DNA from: an uncultured Bordetella sp.
GTDB taxonomy: Bacteria > Pseudomonadota > Gammaproteobacteria > Burkholderiales > Burkholderiaceae_A
Reading direction: 5' to 3'
NCBI GenBank assembly: GCA_964345065.1
Contig: CAYFPT010000001.1
Coordinates: 1-48,059, forward strand
DNA: 48,059 nt
Every line of letters begins with the position of its first letter. Within the stretch, counting starts at the first letter, position 1. Of this stretch, positions 9,652 to 18,597 are shown one piece after another. A program made the position numbers and the translations under genes. The notes below the pieces were generated by a model. The model was not told the origin of the DNA, did no database searches, and saw only the letters and a list, made by a program, of their open reading frames with translations.

Positions 9652-10719
9652 TTACGGCCGAGGTGTGTCTGCTGAAAAGTCGCTGTAATGCACGTAGGTA
9701 CGTTTCATGTACCACTCAAAAAAAGACCAGTAGCTCTGCGCGGGGTACTTCGGGCTGCCGGTCTTGGGCCGACAGCTTGGAAGACACTCGGCGACCGCTT
9801 CCAGATTCGTGTTAACAAAGCAGGCAAATGAGTAGCGATCATTGTCTTTCGGGGGCAAGACGCGATGTGGGGTTGCACGAAAACGGTCGTTGGACCATCG
9901 CGAGAGAAATTGGCCGATATTCACAATAATGGCGTCGTTGGGCACCACTGGCCAGAACCACTTTTTTTCCTGATCAAGAATCTGCAGCCCGGGCTCGCTT
10001 GCCGGCGGAAGAAATGTCATAAATCCGGTATCGGCATGTGCGCCAAGCCCGAATTCATTCGCCTGCACAAACGCTTCTTTGGGATACTTCGCAATTCTCA
10101 GATAGCAATATGGCTGAGAGAAAAACGGCCTAAAAAACCCTGGCTGCAGCTCAAGAGCCCGCTCCCAGACCGGCAGCAGTGACACGCCGAGGGCCTCGAT
10201 CTTTCCGATGTATTCGAGCACCTTGCTGCGATACCCTGGCAGGACATCTTCTGGGGGCCATGGCGTCGGGCCATAGAACTGGGTTCCGTTAATCACCCGG
10301 GGATCATTGGCAGGAAAATCTGTGGCCACAACAAAACACTCCACGCTATCGAGCTTTGTGTGGGCATGATAGGGAGAATGGGTAATGATCGTTGCCTTCG
10401 ACGGAATATATCCCTTCTGATCGCGGGTGACCTGTATCGACATTTTTTGATCGACAGTGAGCGCATCATGAAATCTGCGTGCCTGATGGTCCATCTCGTT
10501 GATCAATGAGGCCTCGATTCCGTGATTCACAATACACAGGAATCCAAGGTTCTCGCAGGCCTGGCGCCATTGTGCTGCGGTGGCCTCTAACGCGCCCAGG
10601 GCGCCTGCTCGAAGGGGCCCGAGATCGATCACCGGTAGTTCCCGGTAATCTTGGTTGGCCGTGCGCGCATCATCAGCGCTCAGGCCCGCCGGACTGGTGA
10701 TTTCCCCAACAGATCCCAT
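9652..10719 (-). CDS. 2-oxoglutarate/Fe(II) dioxygenase, isopenicillin N synthase-like family
   Basis: LPVIDL, HAD (HxD), ATPHRV and RYS (RxS) motifs. Confidence 0.9.
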   Translation of the reverse strand: MGSVGEITSPAGLSADDARTANQDYRELPVIDLGPLRAGALGALEATAAQWRQACENLGFLCIVNHGIEASLINEMDHQARRFHDALTVDQKMSIQVTRDQKGYIPSKATIITHSPYHAHTKLDSVECFVVATDFPANDPRVINGTQFYGPTPWPPEDVLPGYRSKVLEYIGKIEALGVSLLPVWERALELQPGFFRPFFSQPYCYLRIAKYPKEAFVQANEFGLGAHADTGFMTFLPPASEPGLQILDQEKKWFWPVVPNDAIIVNIGQFLSRWSNDRFRATPHRVLPPKDNDRYSFACFVNTNLEAVAECLPSCRPKTGSPKYPAQSYWSFFEWYMKRTYVHYSDFSADTPRP

Positions 10720-10884
10720 GCTTGTCTCCTTGGCCAGCTTGATCCGATTAGTATGCGTTTGTGATCTTCAGCAATGACTCATTGCCTTCACGATTGCCTC
10801 GATTCTAAATTGACTCACGAAAAAATTATAGTGATCTGATTCCCAATTCGGGACTGGATCGCCCGAAATTAATGGGGGGTAGAA

Positions 10885-11796
10885 ATGCAGACGATTGGAA
10901 TTATTGGCCTTGGCATCATGGGCTCTGCCTATGCCAAAAATCTTCTCAAGAAAGGCTTTCGCGTGGTCGGATACGACCTTGATTCCGATCGTCTCCGTGA
11001 GCTCGAAGTCGACGGGTTGCACGCTGTTCGATCGATCGTTGAAGTGGCGAAGCATTGCGATGAAATTATCACCTCGCTCCCAAATCCTCAGGCGTTGCAC
11101 CAGGTCGTGTCCGAACTCGCCACGGTGGGGCCATCACGGCTGAATCAAGTCGTGGTTGCGGACACCTGCACGCTTGCGATGATCGATAAAATTCAGGCCA
11201 TGCAGGCGCTTCAAAATGCGGGCGCTCTGATGCTGGACTGCCCTGTCAGCGGCACGGGCGCTCAGGCCGCAAAGGCCGACCTGACCGTGTTCGCAAGCGG
11301 TGAGTCTGCTGGAATTGAAAGGATGATGCCATTTTTTGCAGCGATTGGACGGACCACGCATCAGCTCGGCGCTTTTGGAAATGGCTCAAAGATGAAATAT
11401 GTGGCCAATCTATTGGTCGCGATTCACAATGTATCAGCCGCTGAGGCGTTCGCTTTTGCTCAAAAGGCGGGGATTGCACCGGACTCCGTATATCGGGTCT
11501 TGCAGGGAAGCGCAGGCAGTTCAAGAATTTTTGAAGTCCGAGGCCCGATGATGGTTGCCGCAGACTATCAGACGGGATTGTCCGCAACCCATCAATTGAT
11601 GCACAAAGATATCTCAATTATTGGCGCCTACATCGCCGAGCTGGGCGCGGATCTTCCACTCTTTCAGCTTGCGGCGAATATTCATCATGATGCGATTGCC
11701 CAAGGCTACGCAATGCAGGACACTGCCTCCGTCTGTGCAGTTATGGAACAGCGCAACGGAATTCAGCGCCCTGGAGCTCGGGGCGGCACCGCTTGA
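10885..11796 (+). CDS. NAD(P)-dependent beta-hydroxyacid dehydrogenase (3-hydroxyisobutyrate DH family)
   Basis: IGLGIMG, DCPVSG and catalytic K in KYVAN. Confidence 0.9.
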   Translation: MQTIGIIGLGIMGSAYAKNLLKKGFRVVGYDLDSDRLRELEVDGLHAVRSIVEVAKHCDEIITSLPNPQALHQVVSELATVGPSRLNQVVVADTCTLAMIDKIQAMQALQNAGALMLDCPVSGTGAQAAKADLTVFASGESAGIERMMPFFAAIGRTTHQLGAFGNGSKMKYVANLLVAIHNVSAAEAFAFAQKAGIAPDSVYRVLQGSAGSSRIFEVRGPMMVAADYQTGLSATHQLMHKDISIIGAYIAELGADLPLFQLAANIHHDAIAQGYAMQDTASVCAVMEQRNGIQRPGARGGTA

Positions 11797-11799
11797 GCT

Positions 11800-12789
11800 T
11801 TAGATACCGAGCCCCTTCATGGCGGGTTCCGGATATCGGGAGCCCGATGCGGCATCCCTAGTAAAAATGTCATTGAGTGCCTGAAGGTCCTGTGGGCTGA
11901 GTTGAAGTGAGAGGGCCGCAACATTTTCCTCCAGATATTTCACATGTTTGGTTCCGGGGATCGGAAAAATATCTCGACCCTGGGCGTGAACCCAGGCCAG
12001 CGCCAGCTGTGCCACGCTTACATTTTTATCGGCAGCGATAGACCGCATGGGATTTAATAAGCGCGCATTGTTTTCGATATTCTCGGGACGAAATCGTGGC
12101 TGGTTGCGTCGGCCATCTTTCTCGCCGAGCGCATTCGTTGAAGTGATCGACCCCGTGAGGAACCCCCTGCCCAGCGGTGAATATGCCATCAGAGCGATGC
12201 CAAGCCTGCGGCAGGTGGATAAAATCTCGCCCTCGACATCACGACTCCAGAGGGAATACTCGGTCTCGAGGGCGGTAATGGGATGCACCTGATGCGCCCG
12301 CTCAATCGTTGCGGGCCCTGCCTCGGATAGACCGAGGAATCGGACCTTCCCCTGCTCAATCAGTCGTTTCATCGCCCCAACGGTATCTTCAATGGCCACG
12401 GTGGGGTCTACCCGATGAAGTGCGTATAAATCGATGACATCGACGCCGAGCCGCTTCAAGGAGCGCTCACAGGAGATCGCAACATGCTTCGGATGTCCTC
12501 CGGTAAAACCCGTGTCACCACCTCCAGCGAGCGCAAGATTGCCGAACTTGGAACACACAACAGCCTTATCGCGCCTGCCCGATAAGGCCCTTCCCACTAA
12601 TGATTCATTAACGCCGTTTCCGTAAGCATCGGATGTGACGATCATATTGATGCCAAGGTCGAGGGCCCGATGAATTGTTGCGATCGACTGAGGGTCGTCG
12701 GGCTGGCCATAAAAGATCGACATTCCCATACACCCCAGGCCCTGTACCGAGACCATGGGTCCGATTCTCCCCAGCTGTCGTTGCTCCAT
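11800..12789 (-). CDS. Aldo/keto reductase
   Basis: GLGCMGMS, DAYG, SKFG, LHRVD, GLSEA, YSPLGRG and IPGTK. Confidence 0.93.
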   Translation of the reverse strand: MEQRQLGRIGPMVSVQGLGCMGMSIFYGQPDDPQSIATIHRALDLGINMIVTSDAYGNGVNESLVGRALSGRRDKAVVCSKFGNLALAGGGDTGFTGGHPKHVAISCERSLKRLGVDVIDLYALHRVDPTVAIEDTVGAMKRLIEQGKVRFLGLSEAGPATIERAHQVHPITALETEYSLWSRDVEGEILSTCRRLGIALMAYSPLGRGFLTGSITSTNALGEKDGRRNQPRFRPENIENNARLLNPMRSIAADKNVSVAQLALAWVHAQGRDIFPIPGTKHVKYLEENVAALSLQLSPQDLQALNDIFTRDAASGSRYPEPAMKGLGI

Positions 12790-12993
12790 CTCATCGCCCT
12801 TTCTCTTGAGGCTGCCATTAGAACTGCAAAATCGGTGAGGCCATCCCGCTAACGGCCAGACGCCATTTTATTGCGACGCGATATTTTTTTCGCTGGCCAC
12901 CGAGGCCCAGTGTCCCATCAATTCCGGCGCCCCGTAAATTCGGCCAAGGCCAGTGGTACGCTTTCGCATTCGACCTATTGATCAGGAGCCAAT

Positions 12994-13872
12994 ATGACCA
13001 TGCCCACCAGATTGCTGAGTGATCGGGCGCCGTATAGTCCCATCGTCGATCGTCCAGCGCTCAGGCTGCCCAACGGCAAGAATCTGGCGGTTTGGATCAT
13101 CGTCAATGTGGAACACTGGACCATTGCTGGGCCCATGCCGCGGACTGTTCTGCCTCCGCCAATGGGCCAGCCGCTTTTGCCCGACCTGGCCAACTGGTCC
13201 TGGCATGAATACGGCATGAGAGTCGGCTTCTGGCGTATTTTTGATGCACTCAAGCAGCGTGGAATTCGGCCGACGATGGCCATCAATGGCATTGTCTGCT
13301 CGAGTTACCGCCCGATCGCGGAAGCGGCGCTGAAGGAGAACTGGGAGTTCATGGGCCACGGCTTCTTACAGGGGCCCATGCATCGTCTCGAAGATCAGTA
13401 TCGAGAAATTGAGAAAACAGTCAACGCGATCAAGAGCATCACCGGGAAAGGCCCCGTGGGCTGGGAGAGCCCGGGGCTAACGGAAACAGACACCACGCTG
13501 GACTATCTCTCCGCAAACGGCATTCGTTACGTGGCCGACTGGGTTTTGGATGATCAACCCTGTTGGCTCAATGCCCAGCCAGAAAAGATGGTGTCGGTAC
13601 CCTATACCGTCGAAATCAATGACATTCCTGTTTTTGCGCTCCAGAATCACAGCTCTGATGAATTTCTAAAGCGCGGCCTTCTTCAACTCGAGCGTATGCT
13701 GCAGGACAGTCGAAGCTCGAGTCGGGTGATGGCGATCAGCGTCCACCCCTATCTGACTGGTGTTCCGCATCGTATCGGGGGATTTGAGAAGCTCCTCGAT
13801 GCCGTCATGAAGCAAAACGACGCCGTGCTGATGACCGGAGAGGAAATTTACCGGTGGTTTATCGCCCAGTAG
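12994..13872 (+). CDS. Polysaccharide-deacetylase-fold (CE4, PuuE-like) hydrolase
   Basis: NVEHW, EYGMRVGFWRI, GHG, GWESPG, PYTVEIND and HPYLTGVPHRI; AGGAG RBS. Confidence 0.88.
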   Translation: MTMPTRLLSDRAPYSPIVDRPALRLPNGKNLAVWIIVNVEHWTIAGPMPRTVLPPPMGQPLLPDLANWSWHEYGMRVGFWRIFDALKQRGIRPTMAINGIVCSSYRPIAEAALKENWEFMGHGFLQGPMHRLEDQYREIEKTVNAIKSITGKGPVGWESPGLTETDTTLDYLSANGIRYVADWVLDDQPCWLNAQPEKMVSVPYTVEINDIPVFALQNHSSDEFLKRGLLQLERMLQDSRSSSRVMAISVHPYLTGVPHRIGGFEKLLDAVMKQNDAVLMTGEEIYRWFIAQ

Positions 13873-13903
13873 CGCTCGGGGGCCAAAAAATCCGGCCCCG
13901 TCC

Positions 13904-15031
13904 TTACGCTGTGGCCACCACGGGCGCTTTCTTTTCCTTTGCAATCGCGGCATTGACTCGGGGCATGACCTGTTCCGCCATGAGCTGCATCGATTTCTTG
14001 CCCAGTACCGGGTCTTGCCAGTCGTGACAGGGGTAGAGCAGAGTGCCGAAATCCCCAACCTGGTCTCGGAAAGCGAGGATCTGATCCACGACACGATCAA
14101 CCGATCCAGCGAATACGAGCTCCTGGGTGACCCGTTCCGGCGTAATTGATGCATCGGGCTCATTCTGATCGCGCTTAAAGAGATTGGAGCGTCCACCAAA
14201 TCCGACAAGCTTGTGGACCAGTTGCTTAAAGTAAAAGTGGTAGGGCCCTTCCGAGGAATGGCCATAACGTATGGCCAGCTTGTCATCATTTTCAGTTACA
14301 AAAATACTGCGGGCGACGCGCCAATTGGCCGGATCGGCCGGACGGCCTGCCTCCTCGCAGCCCTGAACATAGCTTGGCCAATGGGACTTCACCCATTCGG
14401 GCAGAAGAAAGTTCGCTGAGATGGGCTCCCAGCCCCGGGCGGCAGCGCTGGCGACGCCTTTTGAGAAGGGTGCCACCGCCGTCACGACGATGGGGGGATG
14501 CGGCTTTTGGAACGGACGAAGAATGATGCCTTGTCCGATCTCAGGAATCATGGTGCGTTCGGTGGTGACGTTGAAGTATTTGCCGTGAAGTTTGTAGGGG
14601 GCCTCTGATTCCCAGATTTTAAGGACCATGTTGATGCCCTCGACAAACATCTCAAGACGGTTCTCCACATCAAGGTTTCCAAACACTTCCATATCGGATT
14701 TCAGCCCACCGGGACTGATGCCCATGATGAACCTGCCCTGAAGCATGTGGTCGAGCATGGAGACCTGGGCTGCAATCGCCGCCGGATGGCTGTTGGGGAC
14801 ATTGATCGTTCCACTGCCCAATTTAATCTGTTTGGTGCTGAAGGCCAGACTGCTTAAAAACATCAGGCAGGAGGTCACGTTCTCTGCGAGGTCGGTCACG
14901 TGCTCTCCGACATAGGCCTCCGAGTACCCGAGTTGATCCGCCAGAATGACAGCTTCCCGGTCTTCCGACAGCGTCTCATGGGCCACGCGGGACGGTGGGT
15001 GCAAGGGCATCATGAAGGTTCCAAGTTTCAT
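13904..15031 (-). CDS. Luciferase-like (LLM) FMN-dependent monooxygenase
   Basis: MKLGTFMMPLHPP, AYVGEH, IKLGSG, LDHMLQGR and PFQKPHPPI. Start at 15031 (GGAG upstream); alternative 15046. Confidence 0.9.
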   Translation of the reverse strand: MKLGTFMMPLHPPSRVAHETLSEDREAVILADQLGYSEAYVGEHVTDLAENVTSCLMFLSSLAFSTKQIKLGSGTINVPNSHPAAIAAQVSMLDHMLQGRFIMGISPGGLKSDMEVFGNLDVENRLEMFVEGINMVLKIWESEAPYKLHGKYFNVTTERTMIPEIGQGIILRPFQKPHPPIVVTAVAPFSKGVASAAARGWEPISANFLLPEWVKSHWPSYVQGCEEAGRPADPANWRVARSIFVTENDDKLAIRYGHSSEGPYHFYFKQLVHKLVGFGGRSNLFKRDQNEPDASITPERVTQELVFAGSVDRVVDQILAFRDQVGDFGTLLYPCHDWQDPVLGKKSMQLMAEQVMPRVNAAIAKEKKAPVVATA

Positions 15032-15116
15032 CGGTGTCGGCTCCATAAGAGGGCGTTAGGAAAATTGGGGACTTAGCAGAATCCCCATATACAAACGGGG
15101 GAGTTCATCGTATTCT

Positions 15117-15138
15117 TTGTTGATCTAAAGATCAACAA
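15117..15138. promoter_or_regulatory. Palindromic operator candidate TTGTTGATCT-AA-AGATCAACAA
   Basis: Perfect 10-bp arms in the divergent LLM/dehydrogenase intergenic region; core TTGATC-N4-GATCAA at 15120-15135. Confidence 0.7.
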
Positions 15139-15167
15139 TAAATCTCCTGTCCAAAGGAATCACGTTC

Positions 15168-16145
15168 ATGCAGCGCGGAAAGCCCACAGTGGGCGTTATC
15201 GGACTCGGCATTATGGGTTCGGCGATGGCCACGAATCTTCAAAAAGCGGGTTTCTCCGTGATGGGCAGCGAGCCCCGGGCGGAGCAGCGTCGACGCATGG
15301 CCACAAAGATTGCTGCAGTGACTGGGGAGAATACCAAAGTCCTCGGCCACGCCCGGCTGATTGTGACATCGCTGCCATCTCCCGAGGCGCTGATCCAAGT
15401 GGCCACTGAACTGGTTCAGGCCACCAAAGGCCAGAAGTCCGTAAAAAAGTCGCCCCAAATTATTGTTGCGGAGACCAGTACCCTCACGCTCGAGGATAAA
15501 CAGGCCGCCCGTGAGTGCTTCGCAGCCGGTGGGATTGAGATGCTGGACTGCCCGCTGTCGGGCACCGGGGCCCAGGCACAGCACCGTGATCTCACCGTGT
15601 TTGCGAGCGGCCGCGCAGCGGCGATTCAGGCCTTCATGCCGGTTTTCAAGGGATTCTCGAAGACCCAGTTTAATGTTGGCGAGTTCGGTAACGGCATCAA
15701 AACCAAGTGGGTGGCCAATCTTCTGGTTGCAATCCACAACATCTCAACGGCTGAAGCGCTGCTTTTTGCGCAACGCCTCGGCCTGGACATGGCGTCAATC
15801 GTGGAGGTACTTGCCGATGGGGCAGGATCGTCTCGCATGCTGCAGGTCCGGGGTCCGATGATGGTCGCCCACAACTGGCAGCCGGCCACGATGAAGGTCG
15901 GCATCTGGAAAAAGGACATGACTATCATTCAGTCGGTTTTACAGTCGCTGGATGTCCCTGCCCCTTTGTTTCAGGCCAGCCTTCCGATCTACGCTGCGGC
16001 CATGTCACTGGGCATGCAGGCCGATGATACGGCCGCGGTCTACGAGGTGTTGGAGCGCCTGACCGGCAAGGATCTAAAAAAGGCGGGCAGTCGCCAAGCG
16101 CGATCGGCCCGGCCGCCAGCCGCGCGGCGCAAGGCACCCCGATGA
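15168..16145 (+). CDS. NAD(P)-dependent beta-hydroxyacid dehydrogenase (paralog of 10885..11796)
   Basis: IGLGIMG, DCPLSGTGAQA and KWVANLLVAIHN. Confidence 0.9.
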   Translation: MQRGKPTVGVIGLGIMGSAMATNLQKAGFSVMGSEPRAEQRRRMATKIAAVTGENTKVLGHARLIVTSLPSPEALIQVATELVQATKGQKSVKKSPQIIVAETSTLTLEDKQAARECFAAGGIEMLDCPLSGTGAQAQHRDLTVFASGRAAAIQAFMPVFKGFSKTQFNVGEFGNGIKTKWVANLLVAIHNISTAEALLFAQRLGLDMASIVEVLADGAGSSRMLQVRGPMMVAHNWQPATMKVGIWKKDMTIIQSVLQSLDVPAPLFQASLPIYAAAMSLGMQADDTAAVYEVLERLTGKDLKKAGSRQARSARPPAARRKAPR

Positions 16146-16669
16146 GCTTTGAAACGCGGGCCCAGCAGCCCTTTGAGTCCAGGGATTTTCGGCGTGCTTT
16201 GGGCCGATTTCCGACGGGCGTGACGGTCATCACGGGCCGTGATCCGGTCACCCAGAGTCCGGTCGGCATCACCGTGAGTAGTTTTAATTCACTTTCGCTT
16301 GACCCGCCGCTGGTGCTCTGGTCGATTGCCGAAAAATCACCCAGTCTGGGCGCGTTCGCAGTGGGTGGATTGCACTACATCCACGTGCTCAGTGTCGAGC
16401 AGGCAGAGCTCGCGCGGCACTTTGCGACCCCGAAGGAGAATAAGTTTCAGGGTGTCCCGACCCGAAATCAAGGTTCGTTGGCAATGCCTCCGCAACTTTC
16501 TGACTGCGCAGTAATTTTTGATTGCGTCACCGAGCGGCTCATACAGGCCGGGGACCATATTCTTGTCATTGCCAAGGTACGCAGCTATGAGGCTTTCGAT
16601 GCCGACCCCTTGGTTTTTTGCAAAAGCGAATTTTTGTCGCCCGATTTGTTTAAAAGGATAGCCGGATAA
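16142..16669 (+). CDS. Flavin reductase (HpaC/RutF-like)
   Basis: FRRALGRFPTGVTVIT, SFNSLSLDPPLVLWS and AGDH. Confidence 0.93.
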   Translation: MSFETRAQQPFESRDFRRALGRFPTGVTVITGRDPVTQSPVGITVSSFNSLSLDPPLVLWSIAEKSPSLGAFAVGGLHYIHVLSVEQAELARHFATPKENKFQGVPTRNQGSLAMPPQLSDCAVIFDCVTERLIQAGDHILVIAKVRSYEAFDADPLVFCKSEFLSPDLFKRIAG

Positions 16670-17310
16670 AGAGTCTTTGCGCCTGCAAGAAACAAGTCAA
16701 CTGCGTCAAATGTCTTTTGATCGAAATTCAAACGGTTTCCCGCCTTAAAGATATTTGATCTGACTGCCCAATAAAACATACTGCCATGCAGATTCCAGGC
16801 CATCTCGATTTCCCTGCGCGACACCGGCAGTTTGCTAAGGGCAGCTTGCCGGGGATGCCCCGCAAGAAACTCTTGCCGAAATTCATTGCACATCACAACC
16901 AGCAATCGATCTCGGACAATTTGCAGGTATTTGTCGTTCAACGACATGCCCGCAAGGCCTGCATACATGTAAATCCTGATCCATTCTGCACGGTAAGTAG
17001 CCTTTGCGTAGAGGTGATAGAACTGCACCAGTCGGTCTCGCAAGGACAGACCACGGCGCTTCAGCGTGTCGACCCACTGAGGATCCCATTGGTTCAGAAA
17101 TACAACCTGAAACACTTCCTGAATCAGCGCATTTTTCGATGGAAAGTATCGGTAAAGCAGTGGCTGAGAGATGCCAATACGTTTGGACAATTCTCGGGTC
17201 TGGCTGGCAAATCCTGCTTCCGAAAAGTACTCAATAGCGGCCTCCAGAATCTGTGCCCGGCGATCCTCGGGAGGCATTCTGCGCAGGGATTTCTTTTCTC
17301 TTTTTGTCAT
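16585..17310 (-). CDS. TetR/AcrR family transcriptional regulator
   Basis: N-terminal HTH RAQILEAA..F...G....TRELS.RIGISQPLLYRYFPSK. Confidence 0.92.
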   Translation of the reverse strand: MTKREKKSLRRMPPEDRRAQILEAAIEYFSEAGFASQTRELSKRIGISQPLLYRYFPSKNALIQEVFQVVFLNQWDPQWVDTLKRRGLSLRDRLVQFYHLYAKATYRAEWIRIYMYAGLAGMSLNDKYLQIVRDRLLVVMCNEFRQEFLAGHPRQAALSKLPVSRREIEMAWNLHGSMFYWAVRSNIFKAGNRLNFDQKTFDAVDLFLAGAKTLYPAILLNKSGDKNSLLQKTKGSASKAS

Positions 17311-17334
17311 AACGAGAAGAGTGTAATTTAGAAA

Positions 17335-18579
17335 ATGGCGAGCAAAAAAGCGATTGTGGTCGGGGGTTCCATGGCGGGGCTATTCGCGGCCAATCTGCTT
17401 TATCGCGGCGGATGGGAGGTGCTGGTGCTCGAGCGGTCCAAAACCCCCCTGCTGGGTCGCGGCGCTGGAATCGTCACCCATCAGGGGCTGCTGTATGCCC
17501 TCTCGAAAGCCGGCGCGATGATCGACGATGGCCTTGGCGTAGAAATTCATCAGCGCCTGGCGATCGACCGGCACGGCCGGCGGCTTGCTTATCGTGAATT
17601 CAGCCAGGTCCTGACCTCCTGGTCTCGCCTGCTGGGAACCCTCAAAACCGCCTTGCCTGACCGCCTATATCGCCTCGGGGAAGAGGTCGTTGATATCGAA
17701 CCCGGTGATGAAACAACCCCTGCCCGGGTCGTGCTCGCCGATGGCCGCAGCCTAAACGCCGATCTCGTCGTGGCAGCGGATGGCCTGAAATCCATGATTC
17801 GTCGTCAAATGGGCGTGCCCTTTCACCAGACCTACGCCGGTTACGTGGCTTGGCGCGCTGTCACCAATGTATCCGCGCTGACAGCGTCCTCTCGGGAATT
17901 GATGGAGAATACTTTTCTGTTTTCTCAATATCCTGGGGAGCAAATTCTTGCCTATCCCATTACAAGCCCGTTCAGCGCAACGCAGATTCAGGTCAATCTG
18001 GTGTGGTATCGGCGGACGGGCAGAGCAGCGCTCGATGAGTTGCTGACGGATCAGGAGGGAAACCTCCACGCAGAAGGCATTCCTCCCCATCGCATCGACC
18101 CCTCACAAACGGCCAAAATGAGAAAAGATGCGGGGCAGCTATTTCATGGCGCCTGGGCAGAACACCTGCAGCAGGCCGAGTCCATCATTTTGCAGCCTAT
18201 CTTCGATAGTGAGGTGGACTCGATGGCCAAGGGCCGCCTGGCGCTGGTCGGGGATGCAGCCTTTGTTGCCCGCCCTCACGTCGGGCAGGGCGTGACAAAA
18301 GCTGCCGGCGATGCACTCTGCCTGGTAGAAGCCCTTGAAAATTGTGATTCGGAAGCGATTCCAAGACGCCTTTGGCAGTTTTCAGACCGTCGACTGAAGG
18401 TCGGGCGTATGGCCGTGAACCACGCCCGCCGGATGGGGGCGCCGGTGATGATCAGCCCATTGATTCCCGATGGCCGCTACTGGGAACAATACTACTCAGA
18501 GCCGGAGAACCTTGTGCGCGATACTGCTGTCGAGCTCGAGGGGGTCGTCGATACCATCCCGAGACATCAAACCGTCTAA
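17335..18579 (+). CDS. FAD-dependent monooxygenase, 2,6-dihydroxypyridine 3-hydroxylase (DhpH)-like
   Basis: VVGGSMAGL, ERS..L.GRGAGI, ADG, YAGYVAWR and GDAAF group A flavoprotein monooxygenase motifs. Confidence 0.85.
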   Translation: MASKKAIVVGGSMAGLFAANLLYRGGWEVLVLERSKTPLLGRGAGIVTHQGLLYALSKAGAMIDDGLGVEIHQRLAIDRHGRRLAYREFSQVLTSWSRLLGTLKTALPDRLYRLGEEVVDIEPGDETTPARVVLADGRSLNADLVVAADGLKSMIRRQMGVPFHQTYAGYVAWRAVTNVSALTASSRELMENTFLFSQYPGEQILAYPITSPFSATQIQVNLVWYRRTGRAALDELLTDQEGNLHAEGIPPHRIDPSQTAKMRKDAGQLFHGAWAEHLQQAESIILQPIFDSEVDSMAKGRLALVGDAAFVARPHVGQGVTKAAGDALCLVEALENCDSEAIPRRLWQFSDRRLKVGRMAVNHARRMGAPVMISPLIPDGRYWEQYYSEPENLVRDTAVELEGVVDTIPRHQTV

Positions 18580-18597
18580 ATGGCACAAGGAGCACGT

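Noticed and set aside
13879..13899. GGGGCC-N9-GGCCCC hairpin between convergent genes
   Set aside because: Short stem, long loop and no flanking U-tract; too weak to call a terminator.
15120..15135. FNR/CRP box
   Set aside because: TTGAT and ATCAA are separated by 6 nt rather than the 4 nt of an FNR site.
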